Part shown: positions 27,759 through 37,652 of the stretch, piece after piece
Layout: the number at the start of each line of letters is the position of its first letter
How positions within the stretch are numbered: the stretch's first letter is position 1
Source of the DNA: an uncultured Chromatiales bacterium
Lineage (GTDB): Bacteria > Bacteroidota > Ignavibacteria > SZUA-365
Direction of reading: 5' to 3'
Length of the DNA stretch: 64,000 bases
NCBI GenBank assembly: GCA_964635845.1
Contig: CAZWNO010000009.1
Coordinates: 1,622-65,621, forward strand
Made by a program: the position numbers and the translations under genes
The notes under the pieces: generated by a model
Told to the model about the DNA's origin: nothing
The model's database searches: none
Seen by the model: the letters and a program-made list of their open reading frames with translations, nothing else

Positions 27759-29216
27759 TCAGACGATGGTGAGGCGGTCGGCGTACTGTTTCAGCAGCCG
27801 CTGCTCGATATCGGGCGGAATGATGCAGCGGATGCGGATGTGATCCTCCTCGTAGTTTTCCCCGGTGATGCGCGCGACGCGGTGGAATTCGGCGCGCAGA
27901 CCGAAATCAGGAGGACGGATCTCGAATTCCTTTTCGCGGTGCTGTTCTTCGGCCATGAGCAGGATCGCCGCCCGCAGTTCGCCGATGTTCATTCCCCGCG
28001 ACGCGGAGATGAAGACCGAGTACGGGTACTCGTTCTTGAGTCCCGCCATCGTACCGGGATTCTCGACACTGTCTATCTTGTTGAAGACCATGATCGTCGG
28101 CTTTCCCTCGGCATGCAGTTCCTTGAGCGTGTCGCGAACGACCTCGATCTGCTCCTTGAAATACGGATGCGCAATATCCACCACATGAAGGATGATGTCG
28201 GCTTCGACGACTTCGTCGAGCGTGCTCTTGAAAGAGGCGATCAGGCGCGTCGGGAGCTTGCGGATGAAGCCGACGGTGTCGGAGACAAGCAGCGCGCGTC
28301 CCTCGATTTCGACCGAGCGCACGGTCGAGTCGAGCGTGGCGAAGAGCATGTCCTCAACCAGCACGTCCGATCCGGTGAGCATGTTGAGCAGGGTGGATTT
28401 CCCGACGTTTGTGTAGCCGACGAGCGACACGCGCGTGATGTCCTTGCGTCCCTTGCGCTGCGTGGCCCTCTGCCGGTCGATGCGGTCGAGTTTCTCCTTC
28501 AGATGCGCGATGCGGTCGCGCACGATGCGGCGATCCGTCTCGATCTGGGTTTCGCCCGGGCCCTTCGTGCCGATGCCGCCGTACTGCTTCGACAGGTGCG
28601 TCCACAGGCGCGTGAGCCGCGGCAGCATGTACTGCAGCTGCGCGAGTTCCACCTGTGTTTTCGCGGCGTTGGAACGCGCGTGCATGGCGAAGATGTCGAG
28701 AATCAATGCCGTGCGATCGAGCACCTTTCGGTTGAGCGAGCGCTCGAGATTGCGCTGCTGCACGGGTGAAAGATCGTCGTCGAAAATCACCGTCTGCACG
28801 TCGAGATCCTCGCAGCGCTGGGCGAGATACTCCGCCTTGCCTTTGCCTATGAAAGTCGTCACGCTGATCGACGAGCGGTTCTGGAAGATCTTCTCCACCA
28901 CATCCGCTCCCGCGGTTTCAGTCAAGAGCTCCAGTTCGTCGAGATGCTCGTCGGTCTCATAGCGCAGCTGCGAAGGGGGACGCGTCACGCCCACGAGAAT
29001 CACGCGTTCGGTTTTCCGCGCGGTATCGAACACCCGTTCGGACGGCTTGACGTATTTTTTCCCTTCCGCCTCGCCATCTCCGGATTCGACAGGTTCCTCG
29101 CGGTAGGGTGCGAAATCACGAAAGCCGTCGTCGTACTCCTCGCCGGATGGGGGGAATTCGTCGGGATCGGAGAGATCCTCGTCCTCTGCGTCGTATCTGT
29201 CGGGTACCCTGGTCAT
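27759..29216 (-). CDS. hflX: GTPase HflX
   Basis: HflX N-domain plus G-domain (G1 GYTNVGKST, G3 DTVGF, G4 NKID). ORF track start 29321 would overlap the upstream gene by ~109 bp. Start at the Met of MTRVPDRY gives a 4-bp ATGA overlap instead (29213-29216). Confidence 0.85.
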   Translation of the reverse strand: MTRVPDRYDAEDEDLSDPDEFPPSGEEYDDGFRDFAPYREEPVESGDGEAEGKKYVKPSERVFDTARKTERVILVGVTRPPSQLRYETDEHLDELELLTETAGADVVEKIFQNRSSISVTTFIGKGKAEYLAQRCEDLDVQTVIFDDDLSPVQQRNLERSLNRKVLDRTALILDIFAMHARSNAAKTQVELAQLQYMLPRLTRLWTHLSKQYGGIGTKGPGETQIETDRRIVRDRIAHLKEKLDRIDRQRATQRKGRKDITRVSLVGYTNVGKSTLLNMLTGSDVLVEDMLFATLDSTVRSVEIEGRALLVSDTVGFIRKLPTRLIASFKSTLDEVVEADIILHVVDIAHPYFKEQIEVVRDTLKELHAEGKPTIMVFNKIDSVENPGTMAGLKNEYPYSVFISASRGMNIGELRAAILLMAEEQHREKEFEIRPPDFGLRAEFHRVARITGENYEEDHIRIRCIIPPDIEQRLLKQYADRLTIV

Positions 29217-31381
29217 TCGTCCTTCTTTTGTTCCTTCGGTGCTTCGGGACTCTTTCTCTCCCGCGAGATCAGCATTTCCAGGACCGCGCACAGGATCGCG
29301 AGCGCCAGCATGTATTTCCACAGCTCGACACCGAAGCGCAGCTGTGTGACGGCCTGCCGCACATTGGCCTCGTGATCGAGTTCGGAGATCTGTGTGATCC
29401 CGAGACGCGCGAAGAAATCCTTGCGCAACTGATCGTCTGCGCGCGCGAGATCGGACTCGACGGGATCGGTATTCACGGCGATCGCGCGCAGGACGTCCTT
29501 CCCGCCATTGAGTGTGTAGAGGCCGGGGGTGGCCGGGGATTCGATCGGAAAGACGAGTCCCGAGGGAAGCGTCTTCGGAACGATGCGCGACATGGAGTCG
29601 TCCGGCCCGCGCAATTCGTACAGATGGTCGCCGGTGCCCGTGTTCGCGATGGTCAGCTCGGTGTTCGCTCCCACCGTGAGTTCGACGGCGTTGTCCTCCC
29701 GCGCGGCGAGGTAGAACATCGCGCGATTCAGTAACGGGAGAAAAAGACCCTTGAAGGGGAAATCCGACCAGCGCAGATCCGGCGAAACCGCGAACGCGAG
29801 CACGCGTCCTTTCTCCACGCGCGCATCGAGCAGGAAGGCGTCGCCCGCACGCGTCGTGATCACCTGACGGGCGTTCTCGTCACCACGAAGGCGCACGCTG
29901 GCATAGAGGCGCGGGGACTCGACCTCGGGCTGCTTTCCTTCAGGCAGGTTTTCGAACATTCCGGCGAACAGCGGATGATCGAAATCGACTGCGCCGAAGC
30001 TGATGAAGGATGCATTGTTCGTGAGCGACCCGGTCATGCCGGATGCGGCGGCGAGTCCGAGCCGCGGAAGCAGGGTCTTCGACCAGGCGTCCACGCTGCC
30101 GCTCGCGTCTGGAAACAGCATGACGCTGCCGCCGCCGCGCACCCAGGCGGCGAGGCGCTGCATGAACGCGTCGGACAGCGACTGCGCGCCGAGCAGCACG
30201 ACGACATCGTAGCGCGAGAGATTGGCCGAGAGAAGTTGTCCGCTGCCCAGGGCGTCAACGGCGAAACTCTTCACGGTTTCGGGATCGGCGGCCGCGGGAT
30301 TGAGCGCGAGGCCGATGAGCCGGGCGTCCTGTCCCCCCGCCGGACCCAGCAGCACGTTCAGCGTCTGCGGGATATGGAAACCGAAGTAGCGGCGGTTGTC
30401 CTCGGGCAGCGCGTCGTCCTCGAGTTCGACAAAACCCGGAACCCAGCCGGACTGTTTCGGAAGCACGGTGAACTCCACTTCCTGGCTGCCTCCGGCGGGC
30501 ACGTCGACGGTTTTCTGCGCGACACGCTCGCCTCCGAGGAACACCGACACGATCGCATTCGACAGCGGTGACTCGGACGCGTTGCGCACCGTCGCGGCAA
30601 CATCCACCGGCTTCCCGCTCTCGAACACGCTGTTCCGCACCTCGACGGTGCTGATGGACGAGTTACCTTCATCACTGTCGCCGACGGGAAGCATGAAGAG
30701 CTTCACGTTCGCATCGAAGAGTTGTTGCGGTACATTCCCATCGTCGAACGCGAATTGCGTGCGCTGTCGATCGGTGATGAAATAGACTTCCTTGTTGAAA
30801 TTGCTGCTGGAGGAGAGCAGCGCGCTGGCAGCGGTGAGCGCCTGCCGGTAGTCGCCGTGCGCGTACGAGACACCGACTCCGTCGATCTCGTTGCGAACGG
30901 CATTCAGCGCCGCGGTGAGTTCGTTGGATTTCGCGGGAGCGGTGGTGAGAACCAGCGCCGCGTCGTCGCCCGCCTGCAGAAGGTTCAGGAGTTCAGCCGC
31001 CTTTGTCCGCGCCTGCTTCAGCAGCTGTCCGTGCTCGTCCGACATCAGCATGCTGAAGGAATTGTCGAGCACGATGACCACGGAACTCTTCGCCGCGGTA
31101 CCGGGCAGGAAGCCGAAGCCGCTGCGGAGGGCGGGGCGCGTGAACGCCAGGACAACGAAAATGATGATCAGCGTGCGCAGCGCCAGCAGCAGCCACTGCT
31201 TCAGCTTGAGTTTCCGAATCCTGCTTCGCTGCAGTTCCTTGAGGAAGGTCAGCGTGCTGAAATCGATCACACGCGTCTTGCGGAGGTTCAGCAGATGCAG
31301 GATAATGGGAATCGCAGCCGCGGCAAGCGCGATGAGATACAGCGGATTGAGAAAGGTCATAGGCGGGGAGCCGGTCTCCAA
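29213..31381 (-). CDS. BatA-like membrane protein: N-terminal double-transmembrane domain plus vWA-like domain
   Basis: 722 aa. N-terminus FLNPLYLIALAAAAIPIILHLLN...WLLLALRTLIIIFVVLAF matches the TIGR02226 'N-terminal double-TM' family. vWA-like MIDAS start VVIVLDNSFSM. Confidence 0.6.
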   Translation of the reverse strand: METGSPPMTFLNPLYLIALAAAAIPIILHLLNLRKTRVIDFSTLTFLKELQRSRIRKLKLKQWLLLALRTLIIIFVVLAFTRPALRSGFGFLPGTAAKSSVVIVLDNSFSMLMSDEHGQLLKQARTKAAELLNLLQAGDDAALVLTTAPAKSNELTAALNAVRNEIDGVGVSYAHGDYRQALTAASALLSSSSNFNKEVYFITDRQRTQFAFDDGNVPQQLFDANVKLFMLPVGDSDEGNSSISTVEVRNSVFESGKPVDVAATVRNASESPLSNAIVSVFLGGERVAQKTVDVPAGGSQEVEFTVLPKQSGWVPGFVELEDDALPEDNRRYFGFHIPQTLNVLLGPAGGQDARLIGLALNPAAADPETVKSFAVDALGSGQLLSANLSRYDVVVLLGAQSLSDAFMQRLAAWVRGGGSVMLFPDASGSVDAWSKTLLPRLGLAAASGMTGSLTNNASFISFGAVDFDHPLFAGMFENLPEGKQPEVESPRLYASVRLRGDENARQVITTRAGDAFLLDARVEKGRVLAFAVSPDLRWSDFPFKGLFLPLLNRAMFYLAAREDNAVELTVGANTELTIANTGTGDHLYELRGPDDSMSRIVPKTLPSGLVFPIESPATPGLYTLNGGKDVLRAIAVNTDPVESDLARADDQLRKDFFARLGITQISELDHEANVRQAVTQLRFGVELWKYMLALAILCAVLEMLISRERKSPEAPKEQKKDE

Positions 31382-31567
31382 CGGTAAGAAGCATCGTAAT
31401 CAATCAATTTATCGGGAGGGGCGGTGGGAAACAAGGAAGAAGGGGAGTACCGGGAGGAGGAAGAATAACCACGGATTACACGGATTTCACAGATTGATTT
31501 TTTTATGGATTTTGTCGGACGAGTTGCTCATGTTCTCCGTTACGAGAGAGAAGCGTCGAGGTGGCCT

Positions 31568-34321
31568 ATGCGGTGGTTGATGCTGTGTGTATTCATGCTG
31601 TGTCTGAACGTTGGACAGGCACTGGCGCAGACGGATTTTTCACTTCTGCAGCCGCAGCCACGGCAGGCGTACTATCGGTTCTCCAGCGCGGTGTACGAGC
31701 CGAACCCGGGACAGCACATTTTCCTCGATCCCGCGCAGCCGATGTACGGCGCGGCGGCGGTGATCAATGCGTTTTTGCGGGAGAAGGGGATTGACACGCT
31801 CGCTGTGAAGCTCTATGAGGAAGCGGATTCGATGGAGACCGGAATCGTGCTCGGCGTGCGATCCGCGGTGGTCAACCGCATGCTGGCGCGATTCGATGAT
31901 CAATTTGTGCAGGTGACGACCGATTTTCCGGGTTCGGAAGGATATGTCCTGGACGCCATCCCCTGGCGCGTTCTGATCAGCGGATCGGATGAGGCCGGCC
32001 TGTACTACGGAGTGGATACGTTTCTCAAACTGCTCTATCCCACGCAACAGTGGTGGGGACTCGAGGCCTGCCGCATCATCGACAAACCGGAGTTCCCGGT
32101 CCGCTGGTTCTACCATTCCACGAACATCCTCGTGGGAGACAACGTCACCGCGGCGAAAGCGCTCTGGGACCGCGCCGCCGCTGTCAGGCTCAACGGCGTG
32201 CATCTGAACGATTCGAAATTCTCGCGTCCCACTACCCTGCCGCAACGCTATCTCGACTCCCTCGCCGCGCTGCGCGACTACGCGCGCGACCGGCGGCTGG
32301 AAATCATCCCGGGCGTCATGCCCATCGGGTATTCGAACAGCCTGCTTTTCCACAATCCGAACCTGGCATCGGGACTGCCCGTCCGGCAGCAGAAATTCGT
32401 GATCGAGGCGGATACCGCGCGCCTGGTTCCCACGGTCGACGTCACTCTCCCGAACGGTGGCTTCGAGCAGCACAACGGCAATAATTTCCCGGGCTTCCGC
32501 TTCATCGATTCGCCCGGACAGCTGAGCTTCGCCGACACACAGATCAGGCACTCCGGCGCGGCGAGTGTGCGATTCGAAAATTTCGCGCAATACTCCCCGC
32601 AGTATGGCAATGGACGCGTGTCGTACTGGACGCGCGTGCGGCCGTTCACCGAGTACCATGTAAGCGCCTGGGTGAGGACGGAGAGCCTGCAGCCGGCGTC
32701 GTCGGCGAACATTTCCGTGCTGAGCAACGCGGACTACAACCTCGCATTCAACGATCTTTCCATTCCCGCGACGACGGAATGGAGAAAAATCGATTTCACC
32801 TTCAATTCGCTCGAGGCCGATACCGTCGGCATCTACTGGGGCGTCTGGGGCGCGAAATCCGGCCGCATCTGGTGGGACGACCTGATCCTCGAAGAAACGG
32901 CTTTCGTCAATCTCATCCGCCGCGATGGGGCGCCGCTCACGCTGGCGCCGCCGCTCCTCACGATCGTCTACACCGAGGGACGCGACTTCGACACGCTGCG
33001 CGACGCGCGCATGGGCATGCTCTCCTACGCGGGCAACTACGACATGTGGCACACGCCGCCGACGCTGCGGGCACGCGCGGGCGGCATGCTGAAGAACGGC
33101 GACACCGTCTTCGCCTCCTACTGCCATGCGGTCCTCATCCACGGCGACCAGGTGACATGCACGATGTCGGATCCGGAGGTGTACGATATCCTCGACCGGG
33201 AATTCCGCGTGCTCGACAGCGTGCTGCAGGCAAGGACCTGGTTCATGCAGCACGATGAAATCCGCACGATGAACTGGGATGCCGGTGACGAGGTGCGCGC
33301 GCTTTCTCCCGCCGCGATCCTTGCGGACAACGTCGCCCGCTGCCGCGCGATCATCGAGAAGTATCGTCCCGGCGCCGATGTCTGGGTGTGGACCGACATG
33401 TTCGATGAATATCACAACGCGGTGAAGGGTCCGTATTACCTGGTCCGCGGCGACCTGCGGGGCAGCGCGGACCTCATCGCGAAGGATCTCGGCATGGTCA
33501 ACTGGAACGGCCGCGACGGGATCGTGCAGAACAGTCTCGGGTTCTTCGCCGCCCGCGGCTTCCGGCAGATCTCCGCGCCGTATTACGACAATGACGAACA
33601 GAATATCCGGCGTTGGAAGGAGTGGACGCGCGACACCCCGGATTTCCGCGGGATGATGTACACGACATGGGCGCAGCAGTACGATCATCTCGAACCCTTC
33701 GGCGAGTACGCGTGGAACCACGCGCCGTACATCTATCACACGCCGCCTTACGCAATCCGGGCGGGCGAGGAGATGAATTTCATCGTCATCATCCGCGGCG
33801 ACGCATGGGATCCGGATTGGGCGCTGCTCGACGCCAGGATTCATTTCCGCACGCGGCCGGGAGAAGCATTCACCGAGCACGCATTCACGGTCGAAACGGG
33901 ACAGTACACGGATGTGCCGGTGCCGATACCTGCCGGCGCGACCTGGCTGCAGTGGTATGTAACGGCACGCGACAATCGCGGCTGGACCACGCGCATTCCC
34001 TTCGCGGACACGCTGTACTACGAACTCGGCGATGTCGCCACGGCGGTCGGCGATCCGCCGGCGCCGTCCTCCGCGGTGCTCGAATTCTTTCCACAGCCCG
34101 CAACTTCCAGCGCGCCGCTGCAGCTGCGGTGGCACATTCCCGGCACCAGCGATGCCGTGCTGCGGATCTGCGATCTTCTCGGGCGCGAGGTGTATGCGCA
34201 GACATTGCGCGCATCCACAACCGGACTCAGCACATCCATCGTGCGCTTCCCGCCGGGATTGCATGGGACCTTCGTCGCGAGGCTTGGAGACAGCGCGCGA
34301 AGGTTCGTGATCATCCGGTGA
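31568..34321 (+). CDS. Secreted glycoside-hydrolase-like protein (GH20-like N-terminal region and carbohydrate-binding-like domain) with T9SS C-terminal sorting domain
   Basis: ORF from 31505. Signal peptide MRWLMLCVFMLCLNVGQALAQ. YYGVDTFLKLLYP...RIIDKPEFPVRWFYH resembles the GH20 domain-2/catalytic junction. The catalytic pair is not confidently identified. C-terminal LEFFPQPATSS...FVIIR T9SS CTD. The 907-aa antisense ORF 31640..34363 is an artefact. Confidence 0.5.
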   Translation: MRWLMLCVFMLCLNVGQALAQTDFSLLQPQPRQAYYRFSSAVYEPNPGQHIFLDPAQPMYGAAAVINAFLREKGIDTLAVKLYEEADSMETGIVLGVRSAVVNRMLARFDDQFVQVTTDFPGSEGYVLDAIPWRVLISGSDEAGLYYGVDTFLKLLYPTQQWWGLEACRIIDKPEFPVRWFYHSTNILVGDNVTAAKALWDRAAAVRLNGVHLNDSKFSRPTTLPQRYLDSLAALRDYARDRRLEIIPGVMPIGYSNSLLFHNPNLASGLPVRQQKFVIEADTARLVPTVDVTLPNGGFEQHNGNNFPGFRFIDSPGQLSFADTQIRHSGAASVRFENFAQYSPQYGNGRVSYWTRVRPFTEYHVSAWVRTESLQPASSANISVLSNADYNLAFNDLSIPATTEWRKIDFTFNSLEADTVGIYWGVWGAKSGRIWWDDLILEETAFVNLIRRDGAPLTLAPPLLTIVYTEGRDFDTLRDARMGMLSYAGNYDMWHTPPTLRARAGGMLKNGDTVFASYCHAVLIHGDQVTCTMSDPEVYDILDREFRVLDSVLQARTWFMQHDEIRTMNWDAGDEVRALSPAAILADNVARCRAIIEKYRPGADVWVWTDMFDEYHNAVKGPYYLVRGDLRGSADLIAKDLGMVNWNGRDGIVQNSLGFFAARGFRQISAPYYDNDEQNIRRWKEWTRDTPDFRGMMYTTWAQQYDHLEPFGEYAWNHAPYIYHTPPYAIRAGEEMNFIVIIRGDAWDPDWALLDARIHFRTRPGEAFTEHAFTVETGQYTDVPVPIPAGATWLQWYVTARDNRGWTTRIPFADTLYYELGDVATAVGDPPAPSSAVLEFFPQPATSSAPLQLRWHIPGTSDAVLRICDLLGREVYAQTLRASTTGLSTSIVRFPPGLHGTFVARLGDSARRFVIIR

Positions 34322-34459
34322 GACGGGAATCGAGCACCGGCGGCCATCGCTCGCCGACGTCACGGACCGGATTTCACTCTTGTTGCTCTGTTTTTCCCTT
34401 TATTCTTTCGCGGGAATCGTGTAACATGCATGTCGTATTCATCCCGATCAGAGGTTGAT

Positions 34460-34975
34460 ATGCTCAAACGGAATGCTGTCGCCGCTCTCGTCTTCATGCT
34501 CGCCCTCGCATGCATCGGCTGTGAAGAGGAAGAATCGGATCCGATCGTAGCCGACCCGGAAATCTCCGGCAATCTCGTAAACGTGGTCGGATGCAAGACG
34601 GGCTTCTCGAAGGCCCCGGCAGACAGGAACAAGGGGTGCGTGCAGTTCACCTATGACGCTCCGGCGCAGAAACTGACCCTTCTGCATGTGAATGCCGGGT
34701 TCAACTGTTGTCCCGAGGAGATCAAGGCCGAAGTATCCGTGGACAGCGGCATCATCCGCATCATCGAATCGCAGCGCGGACCAAACTGCCGTTGCGACTG
34801 TCTGTTCGACCTGAGCATCGTTGTCGAGAACGTTCCCCCGCGGACCTTCGGCATCGTCGTGGAGGAACCCCTCCGCAACGCACAGGATGTTCCGATCGAT
34901 TTCACCATCGATCTCGCGAAGGACACGCAGGGCGAGCATTGCGTGGCCCGAAATTTCTATCCGTGGGGAATGTAG
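34460..34975 (+). CDS. Cys-rich hypothetical lipoprotein
   Basis: ORF from 34430. MLKRNAVAALVFMLALACIGC lipobox. 10 Cys in ~170 aa. Confidence 0.45.
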   Translation: MLKRNAVAALVFMLALACIGCEEEESDPIVADPEISGNLVNVVGCKTGFSKAPADRNKGCVQFTYDAPAQKLTLLHVNAGFNCCPEEIKAEVSVDSGIIRIIESQRGPNCRCDCLFDLSIVVENVPPRTFGIVVEEPLRNAQDVPIDFTIDLAKDTQGEHCVARNFYPWGM

Positions 34976-35018
34976 AAGAAGGGAAGAGGGGAAGAGGGGT
35001 AGGGGGCGGAAGAGATTC

Positions 35019-35056
35019 GGAAGAAGCCGGCCCACCTGTCGCGGACCGGCTTCTTC
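35019..35056. terminator. Perfect 11-bp-stem hairpin between convergent genes (bidirectional terminator candidate) preceded by a ~40-nt polypurine tract
   Basis: GAAGAAGCCGG-N15-CCGGCTTCTTC. Polypurine run AAGAAGGGAAGAGGGGAAGAGGGGTAGGGGGCGGAAGAG at ~34976-35014. Confidence 0.55.
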
Positions 35057-35123
35057 AAGGACCCACCCTCAATTTCCTTCACCAACGCTGCTGCGTCGTA
35101 ATAACACATCAGCGAATGGTTTG

Positions 35124-37217
35124 TTACCGGACGACGGTGATTCGGATGGTCGCCGTCGCTCCCGCCGAATGCAGCCGCACGAAGTAAAGGCCAGGAACGA
35201 CAAAGGCACCGGAGGCATCACGCCCATCCCATCGGACGGTATGGCGGCCGGCGGAACGCTCGGTTTCCTCGAGCACGCGCACGACGCGGCCGAGGAGGTC
35301 CGTGACGACGATCTGCACCGGGGCTCCGGATTTCAGTTCATAGGGGATCGTCGTGGAGACGGCGGACGAAGGTGAAAAAGGATTCGGATAATTCTGTCCG
35401 ACACTGATCTGATCGGTGACGACGGGCGGTACTTCGCCCACCGCGGTAGGATCGATCTGATTGGTTTCCAGCACGAGGAACGCCGTGAAGGGTGTCAGGA
35501 TCGAATGCTTGATGCTCAGGTCGATAATGCTCTGCTTGTCTTCCTCGATCCTGTCTTTTTCGTAACGCTTGATCAGCATGTCGATGTGGGCGGCGGCCCA
35601 GTACGAGGCGACCTGCTTGACGTCGACGCGCGTCGCATTGAACGGCACTGAACGCACCAGGTTGACCGGTGCACCTGCCGCGTCACGATAATTGAGGCGG
35701 ACGTCCGTCGGTCCGAAATCCGTCAGACGGCCTGTGGTCACCAGCTTGTCGAGACTGATGACGGAGCTGAAGTCCTGCGGATACACGAAATAGGCATTTC
35801 CGTCGTCGTAATGCACCGAGGGCGACGATATTCCGCCGATATTCAGTTCGAGCATGATGCGCGAAATCACCGTCTGCAGATTATCCCCTGTCTCGACCAT
35901 CGTCACCTTGCCGCCGCGGTCCTCGGCGATGTCATACAGCTGCTCGATGCGGTCACTGTAGATGATCACCGGAAATATTCCAACGCCGAGAGGATCGTTG
36001 TCATGGATGACCTGCAGCAGCCCCTGCGTCGTTGTCACACCGCTGTTCGGCATGCCGTCGGTGAGAAAGAGCATGCGCCGCACGGCGTCGGGACGGAAAT
36101 CCGCACTCAGCGCGGAGCGGAATGCGGTCTCGTAATTCGTCGATCCGCTCGCAATGTACATACGCTCGATGAAGTCGATTCCCTCGGCGATGTTTTCCGC
36201 CGTCGCCTCGATCAGCGCATTCTCGCTTGGATGGCTGACCGCGAAATTGCTGAAGAGCACGATGCGGAAACGGTCGGTTTCGTTCAGTTGCAGGAGAATG
36301 CCGGTGACCGCATCCGCCACCGTTTTACGCCGATCCTCATACATGCTGCCGGAGGCGTCGAGCACGAATACCAGGTCGCGCGGCTGTGTCACGGTTTCAT
36401 TGAGTCGCACCGGATGCCAGCAGATGAAATACGGACGTTCTGATCCGTCTTCCTCGAGATAGGTGAGGGAGGGAAAGATGGAAAAGGCGTCCTGCGGTTT
36501 GTACGCCACCTCGAAATCCTGGGTGTACATCTGCTGCTCGAGGCCGAAATCCACCCGGTAGGCAAAATCCCCCAGGCGCTGCGCTCGGCAGAGCAGCGGA
36601 TTACTGTCGAAATTGGTTGTCAGCTCCTCGATACGCTGGTGAGAAGACACGTTCACGCGCAGCTCCGTGCATTCCACCGGCACGGACTGATACCCCTGCA
36701 GGTTGAGCGGGTAGCGGTAATGCACGTTTCCGTCGGGAGTCATCGGCAATGTGTGGAAGTAGCGGATCTCGATACGGCGGGAACTGCGCGGATTGATGGG
36801 AAACACTTTCAGCTGGAAGCGGTTGTTGCCCAGTGATTCCAGGATGGCTGGATCGCGCCGCTGTCCGACCACGACGCTGTCGTACATGCGCTGCGCATCT
36901 TCCTTTTTCTTGACGATGAAGATGAGGCGGTTGCCGTCCACCCACAGCCAGAGACCGTCGACTTTCGCACCTTCGGGGAGCTGGAAGGCATAGAATCCTT
37001 CGAGTGTGATGTTGTTCTCGTTGTAGAACTCTTCGTCCACATGTGTGACCGCCAGCTGTCCAGTGATGTTCACCGTGGTGCGGATGTTGCTGATGCGCAG
37101 GTTGTACACCGGGGTATCGGTGCCCGGCCGACGCGCGTACAGCACGCCGGCTTCGGCCGCAGCAGTGCCCAGCAGGAAGAGCAGCAGTGGGAGAAGGATC
37201 CGTGTAGCCCGTGTCAT
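35124..37217 (-). CDS. VIT domain plus von Willebrand factor A domain protein with T9SS C-terminal sorting domain
   Basis: 697 aa. Signal peptide. VIT-like N-domain. vWA MIDAS DASGSM. C-terminal QNYPNPFSPSS...RITVVR. Confidence 0.7.
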   Translation of the reverse strand: MTRATRILLPLLLFLLGTAAAEAGVLYARRPGTDTPVYNLRISNIRTTVNITGQLAVTHVDEEFYNENNITLEGFYAFQLPEGAKVDGLWLWVDGNRLIFIVKKKEDAQRMYDSVVVGQRRDPAILESLGNNRFQLKVFPINPRSSRRIEIRYFHTLPMTPDGNVHYRYPLNLQGYQSVPVECTELRVNVSSHQRIEELTTNFDSNPLLCRAQRLGDFAYRVDFGLEQQMYTQDFEVAYKPQDAFSIFPSLTYLEEDGSERPYFICWHPVRLNETVTQPRDLVFVLDASGSMYEDRRKTVADAVTGILLQLNETDRFRIVLFSNFAVSHPSENALIEATAENIAEGIDFIERMYIASGSTNYETAFRSALSADFRPDAVRRMLFLTDGMPNSGVTTTQGLLQVIHDNDPLGVGIFPVIIYSDRIEQLYDIAEDRGGKVTMVETGDNLQTVISRIMLELNIGGISSPSVHYDDGNAYFVYPQDFSSVISLDKLVTTGRLTDFGPTDVRLNYRDAAGAPVNLVRSVPFNATRVDVKQVASYWAAAHIDMLIKRYEKDRIEEDKQSIIDLSIKHSILTPFTAFLVLETNQIDPTAVGEVPPVVTDQISVGQNYPNPFSPSSAVSTTIPYELKSGAPVQIVVTDLLGRVVRVLEETERSAGRHTVRWDGRDASGAFVVPGLYFVRLHSAGATATIRITVVR

Positions 37218-37652
37218 GATAGTACCTCCGGCTCCGTGTGAGTGAAACGACTACTTCAGGACAGACGCACTCTAGACACATGAAATGCGGGATCGTTCCC
37301 ATGCATCGTGAGAAAGTGGCACCCGTGATTGAGGTGACGGCGCATGCGCCGCAACGGTTTCGTATGACAATGTGATGTTCCGCGATGTGGCGGCCTGTAG
37401 GCATGTGTTCCCGTCAACCGAGGCAGGGAATGGATCGCAGAATCTCCCAAACCATGATATTCCTTCCTACAGTAGTTGACATTGATATCTCCTTTCTATA
37501 GTTTTGCGGGAAAAGTTCCCGCCCGGGCCGGAGGAGGACGCGCCTGACCCCGCGGAAGACGATTCGTTCGAAATAGATGACGCAAATGTGTCTCCGGTCC
37601 CCGTGTTCGCGGGGGTCTGATGCTGTTTTCATTCACAACACAGGAGGTTTCG

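Noticed and set aside
31640-34363. 907-aa minus-strand ORF
   Set aside because: It is antisense to the GH20-like T9SS gene. The translation is Arg/Ala/Gly-rich with no motifs, which is the typical stop-poor antisense frame of high-GC DNA.
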